Of a DNA stretch of 64,000 bases, positions 16,885 through 25,493 are shown piece after piece (within the stretch, counting starts at the first letter, position 1; the number at the start of each line of letters is the position of its first letter). Source of the DNA: Verrucomicrobiota bacterium. GTDB lineage: Bacteria; Verrucomicrobiota; Verrucomicrobiia; Limisphaerales; UBA11358. The notes under the pieces were generated by a model. That model was not told the origin of the DNA and made no database searches. It saw nothing but the letters and a program-made list of their open reading frames with translations. The position numbers and the translations under genes are program-made. The stretch spans positions 3,670 through 67,669 of the forward strand of contig JBEKYY010000025.1 of the NCBI GenBank assembly GCA_049510395.1. Reading direction: 5' to 3'.

Positions 16885-18765
16885 TCACGGCTTGAACCGC
16901 ACGATATACCAAGGTTGCAGTCCCTCGGTGATTTTCAGCGTGGCGTTGGTGGTGGCAACGAGTTCCGCGCTGGAGGATTGCAGCCAGGCATCGAGGGTCG
17001 TGTTGCATCCCTTCAGGTTGAATCCGCCCACGACGACGTATTGAACGTGTCGCCGGATTTGCTCCGGCGGATCGGTCAGGAAAAAATGTTCCACGCGCCG
17101 TCCGCCAAACGGTCGCCACAACGAGATGTCGCAGTCGTCCGCCGTGCCGATGAAGCCGACAACCTTGATGTCCGGCGGAAGCAGCGCCCGGACACCGGCG
17201 AGCGGGTCGGAGCGTTCGGAATAAACGGTATAAACTTTCAGGGCGCGGGCGATCAAACGCTGATCGGGATGCCGCGCCAGCACTTTGGACAAAATGGTTT
17301 TGGCCGGCCAGAGGGGACGGTCCGGCGACAATACCAGAACGACCAAGGCCAGAAGCAAAACCCCGCCGACCATCGCCCGCCACCAGCCGCGGCGAACGAT
17401 TTGCGATTGCCCCGCACCCGCCAGCAGCAACGGCAGGAGCAACGGATAGTAAGGTGCAATCAGGCGGGCGGGTGTCGCCATCCCGGCCTTGGCACAATAT
17501 GCCAGCAAGGCAATCCATGGAGTCACCAGCACCCAGCGACACAATTTAGGAGGCACAGCCAGTCCTGCCGGGACTGTCGCCCTACAACCTCCGGAAAAGA
17601 AAGCCGTCAGGGCCAAAACTGATGCCAGCAGGCTGATGCCGAAACCAACCCCGGCCCAGTCCTCAGTGGGCAATTCCCCCAGTTGAAAAAAACCGCCCTG
17701 AAAATTTACGATCCAGGAATGGGGAAGAATCAACAAGACATGTTGATTCCACCCATTGGCTTGCGGAAAAAATGGTGGAACAAAATTATCCAGCAAGAGC
17801 TGAAAGCCATTGCCCAAAATGCCGATCAACGGTTTTTGCACCTGGAGGTGGGACCCTTCAATGGATGTTCCGAGCCAATCGCCGCAGTGAAATTTGTTCA
17901 TCAATGCGATTGGGAAAAAGGAAGCCACCATCGCCATTGCCAACACGAGCAGGGTTGACAGCGCCTTGCGCCGCAGCAAAGGAAGGAGCGCGAAAATCAA
18001 AATCAGCCACGGCAAAAGTAATGGCAAACTGGTGGGCTTGGTTCCCATCAACAAGGCGGCCGCCAGCAATGAAAACCACAAATCGCGCGGCCGGCGCGAT
18101 TCCCATGCGCGACAACCAAAGTCAATGGCCGCCAGCGCATAGACTGCGGAAAAAGCATCGTTCCCGGCACTCCCGGCCTGAAGCAAAAAACTGTAGCCGG
18201 TCGGAAGCAACCACATCCACTGCCAGGCCACCCGCGCACAAATTCCCAAACGGAAACAAACACTGAACATCAAACCCGGCAGCAACAAAAAGGAAAAAAA
18301 ATTGAGCAGGAACAACGCACGGTCCGATCCGGAGAAAAGCAACAACGGAGCGCTTAGCCATTCAAACGCACAACCGGAGTAATTCATCCGACTGACCGGA
18401 GTGTGAATCCAATGCCACCGCCCTTCGGCCAGCCAATGCAAGACCCGGGGAATATGGTACGTCAATGCGACATAGTGAGTCGGTGGATAAAGAACGCCGC
18501 CGAGAAAAACCAGGAGCGCCAGCACCGCGAAGCACATCGGCAAAGGCCGGCGGAAACGGCGAAGGGATTTTTTCCAGCGCGAACTTTTTTTACCCGAAAC
18601 CAATCCCAGCTCCTTGCGGCAAACCAAAACCAAAATGGCGAAGGCGACAAAGAAAGCCGCGTAGCCGGGACGATTCAATTGTCCCAGCACGGACAGCGTC
18701 CAGCCCGCGACACTTGCGAACACTGAAATCCAAAGCCAGAGCCTGACAAGCGGGAGAAATGACAT
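16885..18765 (-). CDS. Large polytopic membrane protein, GT-C / ArnT-PMT-like glycosyltransferase fold suspected
   Basis: 626 aa. About 12 hydrophobic helices in the N-terminal ~480 aa, then a soluble C-terminal domain. No catalytic motif verified. Confidence 0.45.
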   Translation of the reverse strand: MSFLPLVRLWLWISVFASVAGWTLSVLGQLNRPGYAAFFVAFAILVLVCRKELGLVSGKKSSRWKKSLRRFRRPLPMCFAVLALLVFLGGVLYPPTHYVALTYHIPRVLHWLAEGRWHWIHTPVSRMNYSGCAFEWLSAPLLLFSGSDRALFLLNFFSFLLLPGLMFSVCFRLGICARVAWQWMWLLPTGYSFLLQAGSAGNDAFSAVYALAAIDFGCRAWESRRPRDLWFSLLAAALLMGTKPTSLPLLLPWLILIFALLPLLRRKALSTLLVLAMAMVASFFPIALMNKFHCGDWLGTSIEGSHLQVQKPLIGILGNGFQLLLDNFVPPFFPQANGWNQHVLLILPHSWIVNFQGGFFQLGELPTEDWAGVGFGISLLASVLALTAFFSGGCRATVPAGLAVPPKLCRWVLVTPWIALLAYCAKAGMATPARLIAPYYPLLLPLLLAGAGQSQIVRRGWWRAMVGGVLLLALVVLVLSPDRPLWPAKTILSKVLARHPDQRLIARALKVYTVYSERSDPLAGVRALLPPDIKVVGFIGTADDCDISLWRPFGGRRVEHFFLTDPPEQIRRHVQYVVVGGFNLKGCNTTLDAWLQSSSAELVATTNATLKITEGLQPWYIVRFKP

Positions 18766-18870
18766 TGGCTTGTTACAATTTGCGTGTGACGCTAGGCGGA
18801 TTCGCCGCGCGCGTCAATTGCTTCTTTCCGCGCCGCGACCGTTTTGGTAAAATCGATCTAACCGGCGGAC

Positions 18871-19743
18871 ATGAACGTTCATCATCTCGAACTTTTTTAC
18901 TACGTGGCACGGCACGGCGGCATCATGCCGGCGGTGCGGAACATCCCTTACGGCATCCAGCAGCCGGCGGTCAGCTCCCAAATCGCGCAGCTCGAGGAAT
19001 TTCTCGGCGTGACCTTGTTTCGCCGGCGGCCGTTCGCACTGACGCCGGAGGGTGAAAAACTTTTTGAATTCATCCGGCCGTTTTTTTCGAAACTCGACCA
19101 GGTCGCTGATGAATTGCAGGGCGGACAGGCGCGGCACATCCGCATCGGCGCCTCGACGATTGTGTTGCGCGAACATCTTCCGGAGTTGTTCCGGGACGTG
19201 CGAAAAAAATTTCCGGGGCTGAAATTGTCGCTGCGCGAAGGTTATCCGGCGCAATTCGAAGAATGGCTGCAAAAGGATGAAATTGATCTGGCCGTTACCC
19301 TGATTGAAAAGAAGGCTGCGCCGGGAATCCAATCGCTGGCTTTGCTGGAATTGCCGCTCGTTCTGCTGGTCGAAAAAAACAGCGGCATCCGGTCGGCGGA
19401 CGAATTGTGGCGGCGCGACAAAATTGACGCGCCGTTGATCTGCCTGCCGCCAGCCGAAACCGTGTGCCGGAATTTTCAACAAAAACTGAACGCGCTCGGC
19501 GTGGACTGGTTTCCGGGTATCGAAGTCAGTTCGCTGGAGTTGATTGAAACTTACGTGGCGAATGGTCTGGGCGCGGGAGTGGCGCTGGCCTTGCCGGGCA
19601 AAAAATTTCCGCCGCGCGTCTGCGCGCTGCCCTTGAACGGCTTTCCGCCGGTGACCGTGGGCGCGCTGTGGCGCGGGCGCAAGACCCCGTTGCTGGAGAC
19701 GTTTTTGAAGGAAGTAAAATTGCGCGCCCAGCAACTGACGTGA
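18871..19743 (+). CDS. LysR-family transcriptional regulator (paralog 2)
   Basis: The N-terminal 60 aa are nearly identical to 15987..16859 (MNVHHLELFYYVARHGGIMPAVRNIPYGIQQPAVSSQIAQLEEFLGVTLFRRRPF), and the two are colinear throughout. Confidence 0.9.
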   Translation: MNVHHLELFYYVARHGGIMPAVRNIPYGIQQPAVSSQIAQLEEFLGVTLFRRRPFALTPEGEKLFEFIRPFFSKLDQVADELQGGQARHIRIGASTIVLREHLPELFRDVRKKFPGLKLSLREGYPAQFEEWLQKDEIDLAVTLIEKKAAPGIQSLALLELPLVLLVEKNSGIRSADELWRRDKIDAPLICLPPAETVCRNFQQKLNALGVDWFPGIEVSSLELIETYVANGLGAGVALALPGKKFPPRVCALPLNGFPPVTVGALWRGRKTPLLETFLKEVKLRAQQLT

Positions 19744-19962
19744 ACAGCGCACGGCAAGTTCCGAGACACCCGCGCCTTGTGTCGGGACAACGACGGCAGT
19801 TTTGACGGATTTTCTGACACCTCAACTTGGCGGAGCAATGAATTCAACGGCAGACCAACAGGGCAGGCCGACTTGGCGCGGCAGTTGCTCAACCAATGCA
19901 ATGTTTCATAAGAATTGCGGCTTGCAATTTCAAAAGAGACCATATTAATAGACAAACAACAC

Positions 19963-21036
19963 ATGGCGCTGTCTTTTCTAAACGGCTTATCAAGGAAAAA
20001 GCGGGCTCAAATGATGGTGGTGGATCTGGGCGACCGGACAACCAAGGCCGTGCTCTTGGAACGGCGCGGCGAACTTTTGGCGCTCACCCGTTTCGTGCTG
20101 CTCGACACGCCGATTTACGAGAAAAAAATTTCCGCCGAATCGCTGACCGAACATTTGCAATCCGTGGCCGAGGCACTGGGATCGGAAACCAAGCTGGTCA
20201 CACTGGTCGTCGGTTTGGATGACACGGTGGTGCGGCAGGTGGAATTGCCGCAGATTCCGGTGGATGAAATGCGGATGGTGTTGAAAAACAACACCAAGGG
20301 TTATTTGCAGCAGGACATGCCGAATCATGTTTTTGATTGCCACATTTTTCCCCCAAAGTCACAGGGCAAATCCGCCGAGGCCGCCAAAGCGGGTACGATT
20401 CCAAAATTGAAAGTGCTGGTGGCGGGCATGAAGCAACAATTGGTTGACGATTTTCAAACGGCGATTAAAGACGCCGGGTTGATACCGGACCATATTGTGC
20501 CGGGGATTATCGGCCCGGTGAACGCTTTTGAATTGTCGCTGCCTGAAGCGTTTGCCAACGAATCGGTCGCGCTGGTGGACATTGGTTTCAAACATTCCTC
20601 GGTTTGCGTGGTGGATCGCGGTGAATTGGTCTTGAGCCGCATGGTCAACATCGGCGGTGACAAATTGACGGCGGGTCTCGCCGAGGCAATGAACATCACC
20701 TACGCCGAAGCCGAGGGCATCAAGGTGGGCATGGCGCCGGAAGTCCAGGCCATGCTCGAAGCTCAAGTGCAACCGCTGGGGCGCGAACTGCGCGCGTCCC
20801 TTGACTTCTTTGAACATCAGCAGGACCGCCCCGTGTCGCAGATTTATGTCACCGGCGGATCGTCACGGTCGGAGATGATTATGCAAATGTTGCACACGGA
20901 ATTGATCGTGGATTGCAAAACGTGGAATCCGACGGCGTCTTTGCAACTGGCGCTGCCCGGGCAGCAGGCGGTGGAAATTGAACAGATTGGACCGCAATTG
21001 AGCGTGGCGATTGGCGCCGCGCTGGCGGCCTTTTGA
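19963..21036 (+). CDS. pilM: Type IV pilus assembly protein PilM (actin-like ATPase fold)
   Basis: VVDLGDRTTKAVLLE...VDIGFKHSSVCVV...IYVTGGSSRS are actin-fold phosphate motifs. It is followed by pilN/O/P/Q-like genes. Confidence 0.8.
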   Translation: MALSFLNGLSRKKRAQMMVVDLGDRTTKAVLLERRGELLALTRFVLLDTPIYEKKISAESLTEHLQSVAEALGSETKLVTLVVGLDDTVVRQVELPQIPVDEMRMVLKNNTKGYLQQDMPNHVFDCHIFPPKSQGKSAEAAKAGTIPKLKVLVAGMKQQLVDDFQTAIKDAGLIPDHIVPGIIGPVNAFELSLPEAFANESVALVDIGFKHSSVCVVDRGELVLSRMVNIGGDKLTAGLAEAMNITYAEAEGIKVGMAPEVQAMLEAQVQPLGRELRASLDFFEHQQDRPVSQIYVTGGSSRSEMIMQMLHTELIVDCKTWNPTASLQLALPGQQAVEIEQIGPQLSVAIGAALAAF

Positions 21037-21049
21037 ACAAAATTAAATT

Positions 21050-21721
21050 ATGCCGATTCGCATCAATTTGCTGGCGGAGGCCAAGGCCGCGGAAGAATTG
21101 CGCCGGCACGATCCTGTCAAGCGCGTGATTTTTGTGGGGGCGCTGGCTGTGGCGCTTACGCTGGTCTGGACCAGTTCGCTCCAGCTCGAAACCATGCTGG
21201 CCAAAAAGGCCGTGTTCGACAAGTCAACGGAGATTGCGGCGCGCACCAATGAATTTCAACACGTGCTGACAGAACAGAAAAAAATCGCCGACGCGAAACA
21301 AAAGCTGGATGCATTGAAAAAAATGACCAACAGCCGTTTTCTGGAAGGCAACCTGCTCAATGCGCTGCAACAGGTCGCCGTGGACGGCGTGCGTCTGATG
21401 CGGCTAAAGGTGGACCAGGATTATTTTTTCAAGGCGGGAACGGCGTCGCAAACCAATAAGAATGGTGTCATCTCGGGACGTCCCAGCACAGTGACGGAAA
21501 AAATTGTTGTATCGCTGGACGCGCGGGATGCCAGCGCAAACCCCGGAGACCAGGTCAATAAATTCAAGGAAGCCGTCGCCAATCAATCTTATTTCAAAGC
21601 GACGTTGAACAAAACAAATGGGGTTCAATTGATCAATTTGTCGGCGCCGCAGACCGGCTCTGATGGCAAACCGTGTGTGTTGTTCACTTTGAAATGCAAT
21701 TTCCCGGAGTACGTCCGATGA
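21050..21721 (+). CDS. pilN: PilN-like pilus assembly protein
   Basis: MPIRINLLAE motif, then a single TM (VIFVGALAVALTLVW) and a coiled region. Confidence 0.7.
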   Translation: MPIRINLLAEAKAAEELRRHDPVKRVIFVGALAVALTLVWTSSLQLETMLAKKAVFDKSTEIAARTNEFQHVLTEQKKIADAKQKLDALKKMTNSRFLEGNLLNALQQVAVDGVRLMRLKVDQDYFFKAGTASQTNKNGVISGRPSTVTEKIVVSLDARDASANPGDQVNKFKEAVANQSYFKATLNKTNGVQLINLSAPQTGSDGKPCVLFTLKCNFPEYVR

Positions 21722-22293
21722 AAAGGTTATCCAGAGAAAAACGCAATCAACTCATCACTGTCATCCTCGTCACACTGGGGATACTGGGACTGATTTGTTT
21801 CGGTCTGATCCGGCCCCAGTATGAATCCCTTTCCAAAATCGCGAAGACCGGAAAAGTCGCGAACACCAAACTTCTAGGCATCAAGCATGCCATTACAAAT
21901 TCCGAAGCGATAGCGAATGAGTGGAACGAAACATCCGATGCGCTTGCACGTGCCGAAGAGGATATGGCTTCCGGCGATCTTTATTCCTGGACTTATGACA
22001 CCATCCGCCACTTCAAACAATCGTATAGAGTGGAAATCCCGGAAGTCGGCCATCCGACGATTGGCGAGTCGGATTTGCTGCCGTCTTTTCCCTACAAACA
22101 AATCCAATTTGCCATTAGTGGCACGGTTTATTATCACGACCTGGGTAAATTCATTGCCGACTTCGAAAACAGCTTTCCACACTCCCGGATGGTTCGTCTT
22201 ATAGTCGAACCCGCTACCAGTCCGGACAGCAATAGCGAGAAACTTTCATTTAGAATGGAAATCGTCACATTGGTGAAACCCAACCCCTCATAA
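21718..22293 (+). CDS. pilO: PilO-like pilus assembly protein
   Basis: The start overlaps the pilN stop (ATGA). It has a single N-terminal TM (LITVILVTLGILGLICFGL) and a coiled-coil. The call also rests on its position in the operon. Confidence 0.6.
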   Translation: MKRLSREKRNQLITVILVTLGILGLICFGLIRPQYESLSKIAKTGKVANTKLLGIKHAITNSEAIANEWNETSDALARAEEDMASGDLYSWTYDTIRHFKQSYRVEIPEVGHPTIGESDLLPSFPYKQIQFAISGTVYYHDLGKFIADFENSFPHSRMVRLIVEPATSPDSNSEKLSFRMEIVTLVKPNPS

Positions 22294-22297
22294 TCAA

Positions 22298-22741
22298 ATG
22301 AACTGGTGCGTTAATTCCAGCAAAAGCGCGGTGGCGGCGTGGCTCTCAGCCACGTTTGTGATGGTTCTGCCAGTGGCGGCAGCTCCCGTTGCCCAACCCG
22401 CCGCGCCGGAGGTGGTGTCACGTTCGGCCTTTGTCATTCCCACGAATCCTAAAGAAGGGCGCGACCCGTTTTTCCCGAATTCCACCCGACCGTATGAAAT
22501 CGTATCGGCAGCTCGACCCCATGCCGGTGACGTGTCATCGCTCGTCTTAAAAGGCATTTCAGGCCCGCCAAACCATCGGCTGGTCATTATCAATAATCAC
22601 ACCTTTGGCGCGGGCGACGAAGCAAACATTGTCACTCCCCAAGGCCCGATCCACATTCACTGCATTGAAGTCAAGACCAGTTCCGTGGTGATTGAATCCG
22701 GCGGACAGCGTCACGAACTGAACTATGCGAACAACCGCTGA
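22298..22741 (+). CDS. PilP-like small periplasmic pilus protein
   Basis: Signal-like N-terminus and an RDPFFP motif (PilP proteins carry RDPF). Its position is immediately before the secretin gene. Confidence 0.5.
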   Translation: MNWCVNSSKSAVAAWLSATFVMVLPVAAAPVAQPAAPEVVSRSAFVIPTNPKEGRDPFFPNSTRPYEIVSAARPHAGDVSSLVLKGISGPPNHRLVIINNHTFGAGDEANIVTPQGPIHIHCIEVKTSSVVIESGGQRHELNYANNR

Positions 22742-22802
22742 AACAAAAATATACATATGCGACAACATTTCGGACATGTCTTTTTCAAAATGAGCTGCTT
22801 GC

Positions 22803-22817
22803 TGGCACGAAACTTTC
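22803..22817 (+). promoter_or_regulatory. Sigma-54-like -24/-12 element (TGGCACGAAACTTTC), one mismatch at -12
   Basis: Matches TGGCAC-N5-TT(G>T)C. Lies about 120 bp upstream of the secretin ATG, in an AT-rich spacer. Confidence 0.2.
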
Positions 22818-22939
22818 TTCTCTCATCGGACGTGGCAAAAGAAGCGACTGCCAAAAATGTCACGGCGCTTCCACATATATTATTATAACCTATGTTTAAC
22901 ATAACACAAACGAATCAAAGCCGGACCGGAGGTAAAGGT

Positions 22940-25417
22940 ATGAAATCAAAAATGCTAATTGCCACATTGTTGGGCTGCCTTGTTTGGCAGCAGGGGGTGT
23001 TGTCTCAAACCGACACCACCGCCGCCGACACCAATCAAAGCATCGGCACGAGTACCATCAATCCGCCGATGGCGCCCGCAGCCAACACTACCATGTCTTC
23101 CAGTACGACCAGCAGCGTGGCCGCGTTGACGGTGGTGTTCCCGCCGTCCATCGCCGCACAGCCGACAAGCCAAACGGTGGTCAGCGGTAACAATGCAACC
23201 TTCAGCGTTACGGCAGAAGGAACCCCACCGTTGAGCTATCAATGGTATTTCAATGGCAGCGCCATCAGCGGAGCAACAGCTGCGAGCTACAGCATCAGCG
23301 GTGTGACGGCGAGCAATGAGGGCAACTACACGGTGATCATCACCAGCCCTTACGGCAGCGTGACCAGCAGCAACATAACCGTCGCCACCAGCACTCCCAC
23401 CCCGCCAGCGGCAACCGCGGTCTCCGTGAATGAATCTCCCAGCGCAGCCACCAGCAGCGAAACCGCCGGCGCCACCGCCGCCATTCCGCCAGCGGCAACC
23501 GCGGTCTCCGTGAATGAATCTCCCAGCGCGGCCACCAGCAGTGAAACCACCGGCGCCACCGCCGCCATTCCGCCAACGGCACCCGCGGTCTCCGCCAATG
23601 AATCTCCCAGCGCGGCCACCAGCAGTGAAACCACCGGCGCCACCGCCGCCATTCCGCCAACGGCACCCGCAGTCTCCGTGAACGAATCTCCCAGCGCGGC
23701 CACCACCAATGAAACCACCGGCGCCACCACCGCCATTCCGCCAGCGGCACCCGCAGCCGCCGCCAATGAATCTCCCAGTGCGGCCACCACCAATGAAACC
23801 ACCGGCGCCACCGCCGCCAATCCGCCAGCGGTACCCGCAGCCGCCGCCAATGAATCTCCCAGTGCGGCCACCACCAATGAAACCGCAAGCGCCGCCAAAA
23901 CTCAGCCTACAGAGCCTGTGAGCATCCCGTTGATCCAATTCCAGGACGTTCCGATTACCACCGCCATTGAAAATCTGGCCCGACAGGCGGGAATCAATTA
24001 CCTGATCGATCCGAAAATCGGTTATGGTCAGCCTGACCAAAGTGGACAGATCAAAGCCGAACCCACCCTTTCCATCCGTTGGGAAAATGTCACCGCCGGG
24101 CAAGCCCTCATGGCCTTGCTCGACAACTACGGTTTGCAACTCGTTGAAGATCGCAAGACCCAGATTGCCCGCATTACCGTCAAAGACCCCGCGGCCGCAT
24201 CGCCGCTCGTTACCCGCGTCATTCAACTCCGCTGGGCCAGCACGTCGAACATGGTAAGCTCGATCCAGGCTACGTTCACTGACAGGCGCAGCAAGGTGCT
24301 GCCTGATGTCCGCACCAGCCAGTTGGTCGTAGTGGCCACCGAGAACGAGCAGGAAGCATTGGACGCGCTTGTCAACCAACTCGACAAACCCACACGACAG
24401 GTGCTGATTGAAACAAAACTGGTTGAAATCTCCAGCAACCCCAACACCGTCAAAGGCATTGATTGGTCAGGCACGCTTGAGGGCCAAAACGTGAGTTTCG
24501 GAAATGGGGCGATAAGTCCGTCGTCATTCTCACAAACATTAATTCCGGGCACACCCGTAACGACTACTACTCCTGCCTTCGGTGGGCATCCTGAAACCAC
24601 CACCACCACCACGCCCCAATCGAGCAGTAGCACCGAGCTGTTGACCGTGCCCCAAAATGCAAGCACCCCCGGCGGGATGGTGCTGAATACAGTCAGCGGC
24701 TTTTCCCCGGCCATCGGGTTCCTCAACGCCGATGGCTTGCATGCCGTGCTCTCCTTCTTAAATAAATCAAAAGAAGGGCAGGTCCTTTCCACTCCGCGCG
24801 TTGTAACACTGGACAACGAAACCGCAACGATTTCTGTCACCCGCGGCTTCCCGGTTATCAACGTCGCATTCAGCACTATTAATATTGCTGGCGGCACCTC
24901 GATCACCTACTCCAATATCGGCACTGTTCTGCGAGTCACTCCGCGCATTTCCGCCAACGATTATATTTTCCTCAAGGTCGAGCCTGATGTGTCAACCTGG
25001 TTTGGCACCCACTCGCAAATCCTCGGAGGCGAAACTTACACGGCTGACATATTTGACAATCGCCACATCGAAACCCAGGTCCTGATTCCCAATGCCAACA
25101 CGCTCGTCATGGGCGGACTGGTACAGGACAACCCAATCTCTCAATATACCAAAGTGCCAGTTCTCGGCGACATCCCCGGCTTGGGTTGGGCCTTCCGAAG
25201 CGAAAATAAGCAGCTGAACAAGGATAATCTCCTGATGTTCATCACGCCCACAATCGTCAAAGAGACCGATTACCAACCGACCTCAACCGATTTCCTCAAG
25301 ACCCGACCGCACGCAATAAAATCTCCCATGAACCCGAACTCCATGTGGGACGGCGCCCAACCTGCTGGTGATTGGAGCAATCCTGCCCCATCGCCGGGGG
25401 AATTTGATAAAAAATAG
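22940..25417 (+). CDS. pilQ: Secretin (PilQ/GspD family) with an N-terminal Ig-like domain and a mucin-like tandem-repeat linker
   Basis: GGAGG lies before the ATG at 22940. Signal MKSKMLIATLLGCLVWQQGVLSQ. Ig module ...PPLSYQWYFNG...EGNYTVIITS. Secretin core: VLIETKLVEIS, VLSTPRVVTLDNETATISV, VPVLGDIPGLGWAFRSE...LLMFITPTIV. Confidence 0.85.
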   Translation: MKSKMLIATLLGCLVWQQGVLSQTDTTAADTNQSIGTSTINPPMAPAANTTMSSSTTSSVAALTVVFPPSIAAQPTSQTVVSGNNATFSVTAEGTPPLSYQWYFNGSAISGATAASYSISGVTASNEGNYTVIITSPYGSVTSSNITVATSTPTPPAATAVSVNESPSAATSSETAGATAAIPPAATAVSVNESPSAATSSETTGATAAIPPTAPAVSANESPSAATSSETTGATAAIPPTAPAVSVNESPSAATTNETTGATTAIPPAAPAAAANESPSAATTNETTGATAANPPAVPAAAANESPSAATTNETASAAKTQPTEPVSIPLIQFQDVPITTAIENLARQAGINYLIDPKIGYGQPDQSGQIKAEPTLSIRWENVTAGQALMALLDNYGLQLVEDRKTQIARITVKDPAAASPLVTRVIQLRWASTSNMVSSIQATFTDRRSKVLPDVRTSQLVVVATENEQEALDALVNQLDKPTRQVLIETKLVEISSNPNTVKGIDWSGTLEGQNVSFGNGAISPSSFSQTLIPGTPVTTTTPAFGGHPETTTTTTPQSSSSTELLTVPQNASTPGGMVLNTVSGFSPAIGFLNADGLHAVLSFLNKSKEGQVLSTPRVVTLDNETATISVTRGFPVINVAFSTINIAGGTSITYSNIGTVLRVTPRISANDYIFLKVEPDVSTWFGTHSQILGGETYTADIFDNRHIETQVLIPNANTLVMGGLVQDNPISQYTKVPVLGDIPGLGWAFRSENKQLNKDNLLMFITPTIVKETDYQPTSTDFLKTRPHAIKSPMNPNSMWDGAQPAGDWSNPAPSPGEFDKK
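23402..23905 (+). repeat. Six tandem 84-bp (28-aa) in-frame repeats inside pilQ
   Basis: The repeat unit is PPAATAVSVNESPSAATSSETTGATAAI, in six near-identical copies. The repeat produces mirror-image repetitive ORFs on the opposite strand. Confidence 0.9.
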
Positions 25418-25493
25418 AAGTTTTAAACCAATGTTCATCCCATCGGCAAACCAAAATTCCTTGTGAGCGGTGAATAACAACCAAATCTGTTTT

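Noticed and set aside
23402-23905. Whether the 84-bp tandem repeat could be a CRISPR array.
   Set aside because: The repeats are contiguous with no unique spacers, are in frame within a secretin gene, and have no cas genes nearby.
22955-24379. Minus-strand ORFs 22955..24379, 23340..23888 (RWRRWFHWWWPRWEIH repeats) and 23350..23898 opposite pilQ.
   Set aside because: Their repetitiveness is the mirror image of the 84-bp in-frame repeat of pilQ. They have no start context, and the secretin frame carries the recognisable domains.
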